64,000 nt of DNA from Lobosporangium transversale (lineage: Eukaryota): assembly GCF_002105155.1 (NCBI RefSeq), contig NW_019029019.1, positions 1 to 64,000 of the forward strand. The letters are read 5' to 3'. Position numbers and translations under genes: made by a program. The number at the start of each line of letters is the position of its first letter. Position 1 is the stretch's first letter. This document shows, in pieces, positions 38,426-52,600 of the stretch. Under the pieces are notes generated by a model that saw only the letters and a list, made by a program, of their open reading frames with translations, did not search any database and was not told the DNA's origin.

Positions 38426-41400
38426 TGATCTGTCTCTCTTAACCACCTCTCTCTTCACTTCTTGCACGCCGCCTCTCTACAACCAATCCGCGACGAGTCC
38501 CAGTAAGACATCTCCGCTGCCAAAGTAATGCCGCCATAAGTTCGTATACTATATATTTATAATTGGAAGACCTTACTACCAATGCCAGAACTAAACATCA
38601 AAGTGTCCATGGATCCTGCAGTTATCTCCCATATCTTTGTTCATATCCCTCACTTTTAGCACAGAGGGTGAGCGCTAGAAAAAACACAGCCTACTGAAGC
38701 TGCTACGTCAAAGCAGCAGCATGAGCTGATTAGTATCGTAATTCCTTTTATGTATCGTCCAAAGGATGATTACCTGCACGGGATATTTAATGCGATGGAA
38801 GTAAACGAAAAATCACCAGCTCAGCTCCTATTAGATGTGTTCAATTCGGATAATCAGACCATTGAAGAAGTATTCAGAGCTTTTACAAAAACAAAGGCCT
38901 GCCTCCATAGTCAGGATCTGGGCCTTGCGATTAAAACCCGAAGGGGCTTACAATGGATATGGCGATTTCTCTGAGGCCGGAAAGATATTGTTGTTGAGGA
39001 TGCAAAAAGCGAGCTCAAGGAGCTTACTTGAGTCGACGACCTGAGGCTCCCAACCAACAATCTGTTCCCCACAGTGGTTCAGAAAATATCATTAAGTTAC
39101 TGCTAAACCCTCCACTCCAACCCCTCTATCAGCCTACTTTGGACCACAGCCTCCTCCACAATAAGGGGTAAAGCCCATAAATATCACGCTATTGCTAACA
39201 TAGATCCTGTACATTAATTGCCCAATTGTTCGGGCAGAGTTGCGGCCAAAATGTAGATATTTGGAGCTTGAATTCTCCCCTTTAGATATACAGATATCGG
39301 TAGTAGACGCTGAGGAGCCAAGCGTTGGCTCTCAATAAACCCCTCTTCTTTATCCATCTAAAGACTGAAATGGCCATAACCCTGTGCTTGCTCTTCATAG
39401 CTGTTTATTTTAGCAGTTGTCTTGCTTAAATTAACCGCAACATGAAATGTCTATTGAAGACGTAAAAAAAGTAACGAGAGGTCATTGTGACGTTATCAGA
39501 CCTTTATTTAAGTTGCTTACTCTCATGTTCCTGTCTTCTGTTTTCAACGACCTTCTCAGAACCAAAATTTGATTGCAGCATTGCAATTACATGACTCGTA
39601 TCTGCATTCCGTGCAATAGTGGCAACCATGACAAACAGCCCTTAAATACAAGGTCTGTTTTTATTTGTTTTACCTTTTTATGAATATTATTATTTTTTAT
39701 TAACCCTCCATCGCTGTTGCTGATAGCGGGCCTAAACGAGGACATGTGGCATTTGTGATCGCTCAGGACACAACTGAAGCACATGTCCAGGCAATGAAGG
39801 GTGAGTTCCATATTCAATATTTCAATTGTGTCATCATCGCTAATACATTTTTATTAATCCTAAACTTTTATTCTCTGTTGCAATGGCATAGTTAGTGTCC
39901 CCTGTAAGCGAATCGAGCCTATGGCGGTCTGCAGGCGGAGTGTTAACCTTGGCCGCCTTGGTGAAAGTGAAAGACCTGTGTGAAGGCGAAGGTAAACTAA
40001 TCTTTTGTTTACATTCTATTATACTTTCAATCTTTGTGGTGTGATTGTATATATTTATTTAGGGTCTGTCAAAGACAGATAATAGGATTGCAAGGTACGG
40101 TAAGTGTGGCAGGAACTTGGATAAAGGTATATGGGTAGTTTTTATTACAGGCTGAGGTTTTCTGTATTAAATGGCGATGGCGTTTGTACTTCTACGTCCT
40201 TGAGCTGAATTGCACACATATTATATTAACTATTGATAACTACCAGTATACAGGGTTGCCAATAAACACCTAAGCACCTCAGCATTGCCTTTAAGATTAC
40301 GATCACCCATAAGTATGGTAAAATGCGCTGTCCTCGTAACAGAAGCCCTAGAGGGACGATCGACCAAAGCAATGATGGGGTTTCTAAACCTATTTTTGCT
40401 AGTGTTCATTTAAATAAAGCCTTGTGTTAGGAGACCCTTACGAGGGTCTGTTATACAGTTCAATGTTATCAAGCATGTCACTGACTCTTGATCCTTGTAT
40501 ATAAAGCCCTATTGCTTATCTTCTGCTTTGTAGACATGATGGCTTGTTCGGTAGATGATAAGTAAGAGGAAGTGTATATATGTATATATATATATATACT
40601 ATAGCTGAATTTTTCAAGCAGTATTGGTTAGTTCAGAAAGTGACATTGTCTTCGACCGGTGGAAGCGGAGAATGGTTTATCTCGTATATAAAATAAAAGA
40701 GAGCAAAAAGGAGGATTCATTGTCTACATTTACACCACCAATAGAAGCAAGGGACGACATACCTTTCTGGCTCATGATTCCCGCGCGGTGTTTTTTTTTT
40801 TTTTTTTTTTTTGTTAAATGTAAACAACATTATGGCTAGCCATTTACTCGGAGATCTCCTTCCTAAAAGCGTGCTCAAAAAGACCTAGCATGGACAAAGG
40901 TCGATCATTCTATCAAAAGTTTTTTTTTTTTTTGATTTCGTCCATCAAACAAATATAAAAAAGAAAAGATGGATTGATCCAAGAGTCCGTGGCAAAAAGT
41001 TTAAAAAAAAAAAAAAGAGAGAGATGGACTTAATCAGTTTTTTAAGAAAAAATTTTTAACAGATTGCTCGTACTCGAGTGAAAGCAGCCAAAAACCGATT
41101 GGAACAATGCATTCCGCAATTACAACGAAAAAGGCCTAGAGGGGCCATGCTCTTTAGCCTGGATATGGTAACACATCTAGTCCAGTGAGTAAAGTAAACA
41201 GAAACTCTGCTCTTGAAAAAGTATGTTTGCCATAGAATAAAGAAAAAATTAGACCCCGATCTGATAGGGACATAATATACATGTTAATAATGCGTCAATA
41301 ATCTATCCACGTCCAGGGCCATCATCATAAACAATTGTTACTGCATGCATGCGTACATCCATGTGCATTTGCTAGTCTATAATTCATACCTTATGATTTG

Positions 41401-41624
41401 AGCAAGGGTATGGACAATGCAACAATGTCCGACAAGGGCAGAGCGGCGTTGCAATACTGTGGCTGCTCGCTTACTTACTTGTTGTATGCATGTTCATGTA
41501 TATATTCTTTTATATTATTTTATTTTAATTTTTTTTCTTATCGAAAATGAATATAAAGCGCTCATGAACATCTCTCTTCATTTTGCTCTTGCATCCTCTT
41601 TACGTTTCTTCTCTTTGGTCGTAT

Positions 41625-41656
<32 letters not shown>

Positions 41657-41781
41657 CTACCTCGCTTTCTTTTTCGGCAACGACCCTTGTACAAATATAG
41701 CCATAACTCTCTCTTCCTCCTCAGTCATTTGTATATAATTTTAACGATTTTCATTCACAGAGAGATTAATCAAATACTACC

Positions 41782-44367
41782 ATGATCTCTATTTCAACCC
41801 TCATTATCAGCGCCTGTCTGGCTGTGTTCTCAGTATGGTTATTTGCAGATTACTTTATTCTCTGGAGAGCAAAGATAAAGTCACATTTTGTTTGGAACGA
41901 GATGGACATTTACTGGTCCCTTGTCTGTTTGCTACCTATCCTATTGGGTCACTTCATCACCATCTGGGGGAACTACTTCCGCGCAACGAACCATTTCCAG
42001 CATTCAATCTCAAAAGTCACCACTCCTGCAACAGAGAAGCAGCGCATCTCGTTCTGGGAGCGCCATGATTCATACTTTGGGTACACGACCAAGTTTTGGT
42101 GGCTGGTCGGTCTGGTCGTCACAATGAACATTTACTGGTTCATCCTGACAACGGTCCTGAGCAGGGATGCGTACGTCGAGACCTATGGTTATATCCAGGG
42201 CAATCTCCGTTCCATCGCCTATGGTAGTTCTCAAGCTGTACTGCTTGATACATCCCTCATCCTCTTCCTGGTGCTCCGTCGGTCGATGCTTCATGCCCTC
42301 GGCTTTACTTATCCAGAGATTATCCCTCTCCATCGTTGGCTTGGTGTTTCCATGCTTGTCTGGTCTACAATCCATGTAGCATTTTATAGCGCCTGGCTGA
42401 TCATGGAAGGCAAGTTTGTCAGCGACATTGCATTCACTGATAAGTCCCGTGGTACCCGCAACATGCCTGGAGTCTTTGCATGGGTATGTATCTCACTTTT
42501 TTTTTTTTTTTTTTTTTTTTTTTTCCGTATTGGGCTCCAACTTATTAATCCTGATCTGACTTTCTTCCCTTGCAAAATATACGAATTGGTGTTCACCTTG
42601 ATCCGCTAGATCGGAGTCGTTATAATGTCCTTCTTTGCGCTGCCCCAATTCCGTCGATGGGTTTATCCAGTCTTCGTCTACGTCCATCGGGCAGGCACTT
42701 TTGTTTTCTTCATTGGTCTCATTATGCATTACCCTTCGTACATGCTTTGGTACTACATGCTTCCAGGATTCATCCTCTTCCTTATCGACCGCTTCGTCCC
42801 TAGGATCATCCAAGCACGTACAATCGATCCCATGGCCACCTGTGCTCTTAACACTGACGCCGACATCATCCGTGTCAAGTTTACATCACCAGAACCCATG
42901 AAGCCATATTATCCCGGTGATTACATTACAGTTCAGATCCCTGGTATGGGCCAGATCTTTCATCCATTCACTATTGCCTCGTACTGGCCCGAGGACCCTT
43001 ACTCCATGACCCTGTATATGCGTGTCTTTAATGACTCCAAATGGAGCTGGACCAAGAAGCTTTCCGAACGCTGCGGTACGGATGACAGACCCATTCTGAT
43101 CCATACCAATGTCGAAGGTGTCTTTGGTGACCGTCGTCATGACTATCTCAAGTCTGAAACCATGGTCATCTTCGTTGCCGGCGCTGCCATCACAACCTTT
43201 ATGGCCTTGATCAAAGCCGTTGCTGCCCAAATAGCTGCTTCAAATGACCCGCTCCGCATGCAGCTTCACTTGGTTTGTACATTTCGCACCCGCAGTGAGC
43301 TCCATGCCTACGGGTCATTTTTGCATCAGATCACACGCGATCCTCGTTTTACCTCTTGGCTACATGTTCAAATATTTGTCTCTCGCCCTGACAAGCCCAA
43401 GACTCTGATGGGTGCCCATGCTTACGTTGTCAAGAACGATATCCAAGTTCCAAGCCAAATCAAGAAAAAAGATGGCAAGAATTTCCTCCAGCGTACCGGA
43501 ACCAGACTAAAGCGCGCTCTTTCGGGCCGTACTGCAGTCAATGCCCCCGCACCCATCATGACGTCTGTGGTAGTGGAGAATGCTGGCGAAAGTTTGGAGC
43601 GATTCAGCTCTGCAAAGCCCACTGCTGAAACACTAGACGACATGAAGAGAAATCCTTCAATTGCTGCTGTTATGATTGACCCTTCATCCATGTCTCCATC
43701 ATCTTCACCCTCAATCGAAATAAATCCCATTTCTGAAAAGCCCAGCAGAGCCATGACATACCATGACCAAGCTTTGCCAACGTTTCAGGCTTCGAATGCG
43801 GATGCAGTCTCCAAGAGGCTGGCCCTACTGGACCTCTTTACAAGTGCATTGTTAGTTCTTGTGCCCATGGCCTTTTACTATGGTATGCGTGCTGCCCGGT
43901 TCGAGGGCCAACCGCAATGGTGTCTAACTACCAAGAGCAAAGACAAGTGGACAATCTTTGTCTGCCATTGGACAAATGCCTTAGTCCCTGGTCTTGTTCA
44001 TACAATCGCCATGCTTGCTCTTGGCTACTTTGGCATTGCTGTAGCCAAGAAGATCCATATGCGTCACCACCAGTGTGCTTCTAACAACATCGCCAAGGAT
44101 ATTGAAATATCTGGGGCTCATTCCGAGAAGCAATCGGTTGAGGGCGGTAACTGGGATGAAGGAGATGTCGTCTACACACGAGGCCGTATGGATGTCCGTA
44201 AACAGATCCAAGCCCTGGTGGATCAGGGTGTGGGTATGAAAGAAAATGGAGAAGGGCTGACTACTGTCTTTGCTGGTGGGCCCGAGGGTTTTGTTAACAT
44301 GATTGAGAACCAGGTCAAGAAGGCAGCGTGGGTCGTCGATTTTAATCGTGAAACTTGGGCACCTTGA
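41782..44367 (+). CDS. Ferric reductase / NOX-family transmembrane flavocytochrome, paralog 2 (exons 41782-42483, 42610-44367)
   Basis: Same motifs as paralog 1 (PLHRWLG, STIH, HPFT, VEGVFG, FNRETW) with long identical peptide blocks; in-frame GT-AG intron 42484-42609. Confidence 0.9.
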
Positions 44368-44456
44368 ACGAAAAAAAAAGAACAACAATGCCGCATCCTT
44401 TGTATAATATCGACTATAATTCGCTTCAGTATATATTTCACAGTATTTTTATCCCA

Positions 44457-44490
<34 letters not shown>

Positions 44491-44606
44491 CAAACAAGAA
44501 AATGTAGTATACTAATGTTGTCAATTAGTAAAAGCTCCCACTGCGGCTTCTACGGCTATGAAAATTATTTTACTTTTTATATCTATTTATTTATTTACTT
44601 ATTATT

Positions 44607-45499
44607 TTACATCCTACGCTTTTCTTGCTTTTGTGTCCGTCGCCTTTCTTTTTCCTGTGCCAGCCGTTGTTTCTCCAAAGCCAATTTGTTCCTTTCCTTT
44701 TCATTCTCGCTCGCTTTCTTCATCTCTGCCCTTCGTTGAGCCTCCTTCTGTTTCACAATGTCAGCGTTGGTATTGGCCATAAGTAAAGGATCGGAGGACG
44801 AGGTTTTGGGCCCTGAACTACTAGCGGATCGATCTTTATAACGGATTTCCATCTCTCCATCTTCACCCTCCACCATTTCATCCAGATCGTATGCATATTG
44901 AGCTAATAGAGCCTCACGTTTTTTGCGTTCTTCTTTGGTCATGTTCTTGACAACATGTCGTGAGGACATCGATAGAACCTCACGACCACTTGGATTCTCA
45001 AACTCTGCCTTGAGAGCAGCCCGTTCTTTTTCTACACGCGTTTTATTATTATTATTATTATTATTAATCTTTTGATCTAGAGGTGCGATTTTTTTTTCTT
45101 CCTTATTTTCAATTACCTTTGGCTGCTTTGAGTGTTTTTTCCTTCTCTTCTTGAGCCTTCTTTGCTTCTGCTTCCTTCATTTTATTCCAAAATTGAAAAA
45201 CTTCATCAATTACGGTTTGTGTGGGTTGTTCCGTAGCATCTGCCAATAACTCTGTGATAGCTTCTACTTTTTCGGGTTCTTCCATTGTTTCCTCTTCCAC
45301 AATCCTTGCAAAATACTCTGTAATGGCCTTGAGGGAAAGGAAAAAAAAAAAGAGAGTATTAAAGATATTGTACATATTCTTTATTTTTTTATTTTTTTTT
45401 TTGGTCCGCTTATTAAAGAAAAAAAAGTACCTCATCTTCAAGACTAATAGTCGCTAGCCGCTCTGCAATAAAAGCCTCGATATTATTATTGTCCGTCAT
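44607..45499 (-). CDS. CCDC43: Coiled-coil domain-containing protein 43 homolog (exons 45499-45431, 45327-45117, 45031-44607)
   Basis: MTKEERKKREALLAQYAY...NTNADIV...RRTQKQEKRRM pattern; three exons join in frame via GT-AG introns. Confidence 0.75.
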
Positions 45500-45730
45500 T
45501 ATTATATTCTATTCCCGTCTATGAAATTACTTCTGTTCTCTTGTCTCCCGCAATGTTTGTGAAGGTTGGAATCATGAGCTTGTCATTTTGTTCTGTTTTG
45601 ATTGAAAACCTACAGGTACCAAATCGGCAGTCACACATCCTTTGACTTCCTTGGACAGCCTTGTCTATCTCATTTTTCACGCACTTTCGTTTGGAAAAAA
45701 AGAAAGAGAAAAGAAAAAAAGTAGATTCCA

Positions 45731-46355
45731 ATGACTCAACAACAACAGGAAGAAAAAGTACAACATCCTTCAAGAGCTGATCGCCAAAAGTGCTGGAAGG
45801 TCCGTGATGCATTCTTTGCATGTCTAGACCAATCCAACGTCGTGGACCCTTCTTCTCCAGAAGCTGCTAATATCTGTCAGGATTTGAGAAAAAATTATCA
45901 TGATGCATGCATGAAGAGCTGGGTAATAGAACCGATTTCTTTCTCTCTCTCTCTCTCTCTTTTTTTTTTTTTTTTTTTTTTTTTTCTGTAAGAACATGGC
46001 TAGATATGAGCAGTCTTACTTAGTCTCCTTTTTTTTTTTTCTTTTCTTTTTTTATTACTAATTAGGTCGAATATTTCAATAAACGTAATGTTCAATATCA
46101 AAACATTTGGAACAAGATCAGTTGAATTGGCTATGCCCTATACAGAAAAAAAAAAAAACTATCACGGATTGATAATGGGAAAACTGACTCTCTGAATTAT
46201 CATCATTTTTTTTTTATTTATATTTTATATTTTTTCCAGGTCGAGTATTGGAAGTTGAACAAAAAGAGATGCTGGAACGTATGAGAGCACAACACAAGGC
46301 TGCGGAAGATCGTGCTGCTGAAACTGCAAAGGCGAAAACACCAAAGGCAGCATAA
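45731..46355 (+). CDS. COA6: Cytochrome c oxidase assembly factor 6 (COX6B-like) (exons 45731-45922, 46066-46084, 46240-46355)
   Basis: PSRADRQKCWKVRDAFFACLD...C...CMKSWVEYFNKRR with the four conserved Cys; includes a 19-nt microexon; divergent from CCDC43 across 231 bp. Confidence 0.85.
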
Positions 46356-46633
46356 AGCATAAAGCATAGGCATAGGCATAGGCATAGATATTGTGTAGTA
46401 TTAAAAAAAAAAAAAAAAAAAAAATGGAATTCATCGAAATTTCGGCCATCCAAAACTTAAACACCCTCGCCAGTCGGTTTAAACGCTTGCTTTCAGGATT
46501 TTAGTCAAGATTGGTTGGGTGCATCATACGCCTAGAAAGTAATTTGATATCTCTTAACCTCATTGCGGTATATAAACAAGCGTTCCTTACACTTTCTTCC
46601 TTATTCTAAATATCATCCTGCTTATCCATCCTC

Positions 46634-49600
46634 TTAATCGCGAGGCCTACATGAAATGACATGTGCAAAACTACATTCGCTACACACACTGTACTTGAAC
46701 CGGAAGTCTCTGATCAATCTACTTGGTGCTATCAATGTTGTCAATGGTACCCCTTCTCCCAGTGATTCTGTCTCTAAGATTGCCTCTGCTGATGGGTCTT
46801 GGTAGCGATCTTCTTGACTGAAGGCTGTCTTGGGTTTGGATCCCATTGATGCTGTCATGATCTGGTTGGACGCATTATATACGGTCAAAGGAGGGGCATG
46901 TTCGCCTATAGCTCCACGCTGCTCCAGAAGCTTCCTGTTGGCTTCACCTAATCCATCAACATCTTGAATACGTATTTTGCTCGCATTAAGGACCGTTTGC
47001 CTGGTGCTCCACTTCAGGCGATATTGATATTGATCATTCTCCTGTACAATCTGCCACATTCGAACAGAAACATCCGTACATCCCGTGACTAGAAAGTAAC
47101 CTTCTTCAGAGACACTCCATACAAGCGTTCCAACATATCCAGCTGTGAATGGGATAATAACCAAACACCGGCCTGACTCTGGATCCCACACTCGCACTGT
47201 CCTGTCCAAACTACAGGAGGCAATGTATTTTCCATTAGGCGAATAAGCCATACCAGTGATCCACGCAGTATGTCCTCCAAGCGACTGTACAACTGTTCCG
47301 GATTCCGTATCCATCACAACAACCAACCCTTTTTCAAATCCAACGGCCATCTGTTGATTACTTGGTGAAAATGCCATACTTCCTGTACTACCTTCCAACT
47401 GAGCTTCGTAACATATCCCACCCGTTTCTGCGTCCCGTACTTGTAAGCTGTTACCGTAATTGCCGCGATTATACATTATCTTTCGACTGTCAGGGGTGTA
47501 TACGATAAAAGAATTATCACTTGTTCTATCCTTCACTACATACTGAAGATCCCCTGATTGAGCGCACCAGACTCTAATACTGCCACTATTATCATACGAA
47601 GCCACCTGACGGCTATCGGGCGAGAAAACCACGCACTTCACAAGCTTGTCATGGCCCTGTAGAATGCGATTGAGGTTTCCCGTCCGTGCGTCCCACATGG
47701 AAACGTCTCCATATCTATGACCACAGGCAATTTGGTGACCGGTAGGCGAGAAGTCCAAAATGTAGATGTTATCAGCTTTTTCTCCTTGCATTCCCAAGGT
47801 ATGGACGACTTGACCTGTTTGAGCATCCCAAAGATAGACGCATGAAGAATTACGATGGCAAGAAGCAAGCAACTGACCATCAGGTGAATACTTGATGTCG
47901 GATGCGCGCCCGCCATTGCTTTGTAAGACATGAATGGACTGTCCTGTTTGTGTATCCCACACACGAACTATCCCATCATAACTGCTTGAGGCTACCTGCC
48001 GTCCGTCTGGCGAGCTAATAACGTGATAGATTGGGTTTGAATGACTCTGTGAACCATGGCTAGACTGCTGTGACCGAGTATCCCAAAGGCGTATCGTCCC
48101 ATATAAACTGAAAGATGCAATCTGATGGTTGTTTGGTGAATATGCCACGCAATTAATATCATTAGAATGGCCATAAAAGATATTCATGAGCTGCCCTGAC
48201 CCCGCATCCCAAAGCCGTACTGTAGTGTCCCTACTGCAGGTGGCTATCTGCTCTCCATTCGGTGAATACTTTAGGTCCTTGATCGCACTGGAATGTCCTC
48301 CAAAGGTATGAATGGCTTTTCCTCTTTGTGTATCCCATTGGTATGCCTTCCCTGAGGCGAATGAAGCAGCGAACCTTCCTTTAGGTGAATACCGGACGCC
48401 TTGGACAATATTATCATGCTTTAAGGTCCACATTTTTCGACCAGTCCCAACGTTCCACACATACAGCCAGCGATCCTCGTGACAACGAGATATTATTTCA
48501 TGACCATCAGATGAATATATGATTTGCTCAATCCTAGATCCAAACTCACGGTCCATTAGCATCACCATCTGTTGCTGCCCTGATGTCGCATCCCACAACC
48601 GTATCGCCTTGCCACCGCTAGTTGCAATCTGAAGTCCATTAGGCGAATATGCCAGACTTCTCACACCGCTAGTATGACCTGTTGTCATAAACAGGAACAT
48701 GCCTGACTGAGCGTCCCATACTCGTATTGAGTTATCATCGCTGGCCGAGGCAAGATGATTTCCACTTGGTGAATATGCTATACAGTTAACTTGTCTTGTA
48801 TGGCCTACCAACTTGTGAATTAATACTCCTGATGTTGTATCCCATATAAAAACTTCATGCTGACCACCCCAGGAAGCAATATTTCGGCTGTCTGGAGAGT
48901 ATATAAGGCTGTCATCGGCCCTACGGTTCTTTAGGGTCAAAAGCTTCTCCCATGTTGATGTATCATACATAATGATTGAAAGCCTATATGTCCCATCCCT
49001 AATAACAGCAGCGAGTGTCTTGCCATCAGGTGAGTACATTCCTTTCAATACCATACCGCCTCCTTCAAGGAGTGGCCATTCACCAAACTGTACGCCTGCC
49101 ATATTCGCACCACTCAGATCCGCTTCGCGGAGCCAACAGTTTCGTAAAACGACCTTCCTTAAATCTGCTCCTTGTAACTGAGCACACTCAAAAATACCAT
49201 AGCTAAGGTCTGCTCCTGGGATCTGAATGTCCCGCAAGTCTGCTTCGATGAATGACTCGCCTGCTCGAACCAAGATTGTCATCGCATTAGCTGCTGCTAT
49301 GCGCCACTTGCTATCGTTCTTCGAAAGCTCTACATAGGTATACAGCTGCTGTTTGAATATCGGTTCAAGGCGGACACGATCCTCTAGGAACTGAAGGATT
49401 GATGGTTCATCCACAAAGCTCCTCCATACTAAAGGTGAGCCTTCACCAGCCTTGACTAAATCGACTCCTTGCTCGTCTTCCTTGACATCTACGGCCTCAA
49501 AACTATATGCTGAACTAACACTCCGTCGACGAGAAGTTGATGTTGCCGCCTTTGTTTCTCGATCACTCGTAGGAGCACTCATTGCTGGCAGTGGCTCAAA

Positions 49601-52600
49601 GATCGCTCGTACCAGACTATATTCCAGAATAGTTCGATGAATAAACCGGTGCTGATTACCTGTACGGCTCAGCGGAGAAGCCTCGCGTAGGAGGTTCCTT
49701 CCATCCTCTTTGCTAAAGTACTCTTCCTTCCATGTACCTTTATCTTTGAATGGTGAGTAGTCCACTACTGGATTGCCATCTTGGTGCTTATAAATTGCTA
49801 TAGCTAGCTCTGCCAGGTACCTGATCCCGTTCTGTGCAAACCCTTCGTCCGAGAGTATCCGGAACATCCTTCTATCTTCTGGCCTTAATGTCTCGCCTAA
49901 CCGCTTCTTCCCTCGTTCAAGCCATAGCTCAACGAACCGGTCATACAACGTGACCCGCTTGACCTTCGTGTTGGAATTGTCTTGATTTGGATCAACCATC
50001 CGTGGAAGTACTTCTAGCGACATCGACAGCATGAATGGGTTCTTCACAAGTTCCTGTAGACTAGGGACCATTTTGAGAGCACGCTGGTACACCTCCACAG
50101 GCCACAGTGGATCCATAGCTGCGACATAATGCTTGATGTAGTCCTCGATCTGAGTCTCGGAGAATGGTACAATCACAGCCTCTTGAAACAGTCTAGCATC
50201 TGTTTGGTGATTACGGTCCATAGGTTGGAAACGATCTCGGTAGTCTAACCCAAGGTACTCACTGCGGCAACTGACCACCATCTGGGCCTTCCACTCGCCA
50301 GGTTGATTCAGTTGGTTGGCAACATACAGATTGTTGGTCTGCATACTCTCATCGTATCCATCACAGATCAAGACAAATGACCGATTCATCTTCAGCTCCT
50401 TGATCTGCGTGTCTGTGAAATCATAGTCTCGCAGCTGCTTTGTAACCAGATCCTTCTCTGGCTTATCAATGGCTGGAAGATTGATATACAATGGAATCCG
50501 TCCACGCCTCTTTTGATATGTCTCCCAGAGTGTGCGCTCCAGAGTGCGATTGAATGTGGACTTGCCCGCCCCTGAGTTACCTTGGACGAGTAGCACTTTC
50601 TGATCGCTGTTTAGGAACTCTTTTACCTTTTCCATCAGCAAGAACAGCTTATCATCGCTTGCTTGAGGATTTGCTTTGGCATATAGTTGGATGTAGAATC
50701 CTTGATCATTTCCAACCTCCATCCGCTGCCTCTTTAGTTGGCGTAGACTATTCTCGACACCAGGCTTCTTCTGTACACGGTCAAGTAGCTTTGAGGATGT
50801 AGGCGGAGGGAGTGTACCAATGAAGGGGTACTGGATCAATGCCCCTTTGAGACAATTCCTGTATACCTCTTGCTTCTTGAGGTCTCCATCTATTTCTAGC
50901 TCATTTAAGAGAGTGCTTGTACCTGAAAATAAAAGAAGAAAAGAAGAAAAAGAAGAAAACAGGGTATGTGTGGAGTATTAGAATTAATTATTATACACTG
51001 AGTGATCCCGAGGATTCCAAACATGTCCATAGGAAGGAAAGAAAATACATACATTGTAGTCCATCCAATGATAGCGAAGATAGTTTCCTTAGGATATGTA
51101 CGATCCACTGCTTGATATCTACATGACAGCCCCACTCCTGGTCATTCTTGTAGATCTCTCCAAGTAGTATGATGGCATCCTGCCGAGCATCCATAGTCCA
51201 CTGTGTGCCACCTGCAATCTGTCCTAATCTCTGACATAGTCCCCATTGGAATGCTGCGTCATTTCGGCAGGGTGCTTCACACACAAGGGTCTTGAATTTA
51301 ATGAGCTCGCCTGTCTGGAGTAGTGCATCCGCTCCACGAAGTGCTGGGTACCATGCTGACTTGCGACTAAAGCTGAGTCCTTCTTCCATACACTGTTTGA
51401 ATGTTGCTCCACTCGTATATAGTGAGGCTATACCTGTGTACATTTGTAGACCCGTGGCAACGATATCTGTTACATATGGAAGCTCTTTATGGATGCTGCT
51501 TATCTCGCCTATGAAGGCATTCAGATCCATGGCTTTAACTGCGCTGACTGCTCCAAATGCTCCTCGGAGTATATCTGATGTCCGTCGAAGCATGGCTTGC
51601 ATTGCTGTTTCATCATCTGGAATATACAGTAGAGCTTGGAACCCATAGGCTGCTTGATAGACTAGATGTGGCTCAGAGCTGTCTTTCAGCCCTTGGAGAT
51701 ATGCTGCAAGTGGCTCATGGAGTTGTTCTCGCCTCAACCCCTTGACTTGGTTGTTGACCATGGCATCAAGCACATCTGACACTGTAGCTGACAGTCGGTA
51801 AAGATGGTCGGTAGATTGTCCATGTGTGCCTTGTAGGCGGGAACTGAGGGTGTTGAGGATTGAGACAAGGTCATCCGAGTCGAGGTATCCAGAAGGTGCA
51901 CTCTGCATCAGCTGGGCTAGTCCTTCCAGCAAATGAGTCTCCAACATGACGTTCTGCTTGATTCCATTGACCAAACCCATAAGCAATGTCCTGAATTGGA
52001 CTCGGTCCAGAACTGGAGCCAGAGATATAACCTCCGCGACAGTAGTCTCGGTCTTGGCGTTGTCATCGATGAACATCTCAATCACATCCGATACCAGTTT
52101 ATGCAGTCGCTCTTGTTCATCCTGATCGTTTGATATGAACTGGCGCCATTCATCCTCATGGTCATTCAGGTCCGTTGTTGGGATAGGAGCATTAGGAAGC
52201 AAACTAAGACAATATACAAGCTGGTGGACACTATTCAAGTTTGCATCAGCATCCGGCAAGCTATATCTGATGACTGTTGGAGGAATGTTTTGATTGAATA
52301 TGTCCTTTGAGATAGTTGCTATGGTATGCACTGGCATAGGTTGTGCTGCTTTTGCCACCTTAGTCAGACTGCGACTATTGGTGCTGTTGACTCTGCATTT
52401 GATGGTATTATTGATATTGTCGTTGTTGCTGTTGTTGTTACTGCTCTGTTTGATGTAACCCCATTTTTCAGCTTTTTTCTCACGACCTTGAGCAACATCT
52501 GGGTGACCTAGCTGTTCAAATAAGCGAGCGAGTTCATAGCAGGCTGAAGCAACACCTTGACGCAATGCCATATCCTCACTAGAAGCTGAAGATGGTGGAG

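Larger units (their letters stand above)
31450..38476 (-). repeat. Right arm of the ~13.8-kb inverted repeat
   Basis: Reverse complement of the left arm; unique spacer 31221-31449. Confidence 0.97.

Noticed and set aside
24646..38481. Whole palindrome as one giant foldback transposon with a TACA target duplication
   Set aside because: The 4-mer is out of register with the arm ends, the right flank does not continue the NLR tail found on the left, and no transposase is evident.
38500..39100. Short ORF fragments (MYRPKDDYLHG...) possibly from a decayed gene or transposon
   Set aside because: No recognisable motif, several stops and frameshifts.
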